64,000 nt of DNA from Somniosus microcephalus (Eukaryota): contig CM126223.1 of assembly GCA_052327205.1 (NCBI GenBank), positions 43,090,001 through 43,154,000 of the forward strand. The letters run 5' to 3'. Under the pieces are notes generated by a model. That model saw only the letters and a program-made list of their open reading frames with translations. It ran no database searches and was not told the DNA's origin. Each line of letters opens with the position of its first letter. Position 1 is the first letter of the stretch. Position numbers and translations under genes: made by a program. Below, one piece after another: positions 60,823-64,000 of this stretch.

Positions 60823-63800
60823 CATATCCCTGGTAGGATGGATGACAATGTTACAAAGATTTGAAAATGTTGGTCCAAGATAATGCCAAGGCGTCAAGAA
60901 CAATGACCACTGATCCTATTTCTTATGTTCTTATTATCTGATTCAATAGTTAACAGTTAGCATTTATTGAATGACTTTTAAAAATATCAATTTATTTTGA
61001 AAATGCAGTTTGATCTTTGTTCTCTGCCTTGATCAAACTTGTTTACTTTTCTCGCCGATCTCTTTTTAGCTAGACCTAGTACTGTAACAATTTTTAAATG
61101 TTTTACTTCTTGTTGAAAAGAGGTTAGTGTACTTTAGCATAACCTTTGAAAGAACAATTGTTTCTATTCTGATAGATCTAGTCATATTACAGGTGCATAT
61201 GACTTTGAACTATTTTAGATGAAGATTATAGCCTTATTGTCTACAAGATGATGCCAGAGTCATGCTGTCTACAAGGTGCACGCCAGGTGCTAACTCCTAG
61301 GCTACTCTGTTTATGCTACATCAAGACTCTCATTGGATATGCAACACCTAAACAAAATGCAGATCGGTAGACAATTCAGCTGGTGCCATGGCATGGGCAC
61401 CTTTGATACTGGTGTTGATCGACAGCCTGAAGGACTGCCCAGATTCATTTGGAAACTATCTTGATTGAAGTTCTTAATTAATCGTGAAATATACTGTTTA
61501 TTATTTATTTTAAGTCATTAAAAGTTATTGAAGTGCTCTGCTAAACCTTTAAAGCTTTTGTTTTAGAACAGTGTAAAATTAAGTGAAGTATTGCAAGATA
61601 TCTAATCTGCTGTTCTACTTTTTGCCTCTGTATAATCTTACTTCTTAATACTATCATTAGTTTAACTAAACAACACTGTCTGTCAAGATGGTGTTTTTCT
61701 GCTTGTTTGAAGAGATCGGGGATATGTGGTGGGATCCAGTACACACTCCAATGATAAAAAAAAGTTCACCCTGTAATCCATTATCCTAGATATTTCACAC
61801 GCAACATTGTGCTTTGGCTCATAGAAAGTACAGCTTGCCGACAGCAGCAGACTACTGTGCTCACCAAAAATATTGAAATGAGGCCCAAGTTGTAAAATAA
61901 AAATTCTTATTAATGGGCTAATGTTGATAAGAATTCCTTCTTATAAAAGTGTATTATGCAATATTACTACAGTATTACATACACACATGAATCATTGCAT
62001 CATTCAGCCAATCCAATTGAAAATGTCACTTTCGCACCATTTCAAAAACTTGCATTTATAGTGCACCTTTAATGTAGCAAAATGTCCCAAGATGCTTCAC
62101 AGCAGGGCAATCAGAAAAAAAATCCTATACATAAATGCTAGGTTATTCAAATGTTTGAAGATTCACTGCAAAAGTACAATACAAATTTGTGTAATATCTT
62201 GAAAATATTGCCCTTAATTAATGAAGTAAAACTATTACTCACCACATGTGTTGTAGTCACCATTCTTCATATAATCCTTAGATATTTTCTCATACAAAGG
62301 GTAAGTTTTTATATCAAGCACATTCCCTTACTTTCACATCATGCCACAGACCCACATCATGAATACACCAACTATACAACCTAGACTTGGTCTATTGACT
62401 CGAAAAAGCAATGTGCAGAGCACCATGAGCTCATCTATACCGACATATAAAAAAACTACTCTCTTGAATACGTACACGATCTAGGAACCGCGCCCTCTAA
62501 ATCTGTCTCCAGTGACCAAACACACACAGGCTCACAAGTTGGTGGGGAAACCCCAGCAGGAACCACACAAATACCTATGAAAGAGGAACCTAAAATATCC
62601 AATGAATGCAATTACAGCTGGCAGTCCTCAAAATTCCTGTTACGTAGTCAGTTATCTGAGGTCAGTTCTCTCTCCTGCCCTTGCCCCTCCCCCAAAATGC
62701 AATTTTAAACTGAAGGCTAATGAAAAGTGAACAAAACTTACTGGGTGAAATGATTTTTATTCAAATTATATGAGCGACACAACACAAACGCATACCCCAT
62801 ATTACGTCTTACAAAATCAGTATATAAAAAAGGGAACAGAAAATATACCCATAAAATTAAAACTAGGTTAGAACTCTAAATTCCATACCCTGTACTCATC
62901 ATATGCTAGACAAAGTGCATTTCAGACTAAAGCAAATGAAAAATGCAGCAAGAGCACACAATAAATACAAAACTTAAAATAAGATCAGACCTTTAGAACT
63001 AGAGGGAAGGAGTGGAGCAATAAATAAGTAGTATTTCTTTATTTGCTCTCCATACAAAATTGGTCATTCTTTCAAGAATGACTCCAGAATTCAGTCCTAA
63101 TTAATTCTTACCCGAAAGGGGCCATGTGAAAATATACGGGCTAGTTTTTAAAAACAAAGATAGTAAACTGATTTTATATTAAAACTCATCACCAACTAGC
63201 CAGCCTCCTGCCTGGAGCACCCATCTATGCCACTAGGATCAGAAATGGGCACTTGTCTTCACTTAGCCTCTGCACACTCTCTCCCACATAATAGTCTCTG
63301 AAAACAAACTTTCCACGTGTGGAATGTGGACAGGAACATATTTTATCAAGCTGTAAATTCTACAGTGTAAGCAAAGCACTTGTGCTGGGTGAAGGAACAA
63401 GGATTACAATATTGTCACATTCGAGAGGTCAGTCTAAAGACAGCCAAAATAAAATCTGCTGTGAAAATGGAAAGTGGTCTGACTGTTGGAGCATCACAAC
63501 ACAATCCTTCACTCACCCAATATCTGCACACAAACTTTCCAGCAAGAGTCATGGATGAAACTTGGAAGCTTTTTCTTTTTCCTAGCCCCAGGAAACTCAG
63601 GCCTAGTTTAAACTTCCATGCTGCCCTGGCTGAGATAACGTAAATCAATATAGATGAGTAATTAACCCTGTAACTTACTTAGTTTCTATGGCTCAGTATC
63701 ACACCATATGATGCATTTCTCCAGAGCACAGTCAGCATATTCTTAAAATTAGATTGCAACAAAACAATACATACATGGCTGAAGTTGGAGGAGTGGGGAC

Positions 63801-63882
63801 TCCACAATAAGCATTACAATGTCATCCCTCCATGATTTTCAGCACCAGAGCACTCCAGAAAATTGTGGCAGGAAGAGTCAGT

Positions 63883-64000
63883 CATAACAGCACAGAAGGA
63901 GGCCATTTGGCCCATCGAGTCCGTGCCGGCTCTCTGTAGAGCAATCCAATCAGTCCCATTCCCCCCGCTCTATCCCCGTAGCCCTGTAAGTTTATTTCCC
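63883..64000 (-). mobile_element. CR1 3' end, running off the window
   Basis: Reverse complement of the tail seen at 25365-25450. Confidence 0.85.

Noticed and set aside
52088-64000. USP32 exon 4 (YIFSLF...KCFSE)
   Set aside because: No matching sequence found; presumably beyond the right edge of the window.
1-64000. Prokaryotic-type systems (operons, defence islands, prophage)
   Set aside because: The sequence is a spliced vertebrate gene with TE-filled introns; no such architecture is present.

Overview
Eukaryotic (vertebrate) genomic DNA. The repeat inventory (Deu-domain SacSINE1-like and HE1-like SINEs, CR1, L2, Penelope) points to a cartilaginous fish, probably a shark. The whole window lies inside one minus-strand gene, USP32 (ubiquitin-specific protease 32). 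Eight consecutive coding exons, equivalent to human exons 5-12 (160, 132, 108, 116, 63, 84, 62 and 103 nt), were read directly. All have AG/GT borders and splice into one open frame encoding the EF-hand region and the start of the DUSP domain. The neighbouring exons (4 and 13) were not found and probably lie outside the window. The introns are packed with transposon debris: CR1, L2 and Penelope retroelements, tRNA-derived SINEs, PIF/Harbinger elements and MITEs with 3-bp TSDs, hAT MITEs with 8-bp TSDs, a Tigger-like element and a fossil hAT transposase. Almost all ORFs in the supplied track are spurious or TE-derived. The observations most worth follow-up are: Penelope-associated minimal hammerhead ribozyme motifs (one as a TSD-flanked ~101-bp unit), a candidate 43-nt poison exon after exon 5, an RFX X-box cluster in intron 4, a ~220-bp direct duplication bracketing exon 8, and a ~92-bp-arm foldback in intron 7. 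I see no evidence of a new multi-gene system. Repeat boundaries without TSDs are approximate, and family names and human comparisons come from memory, not database searches.
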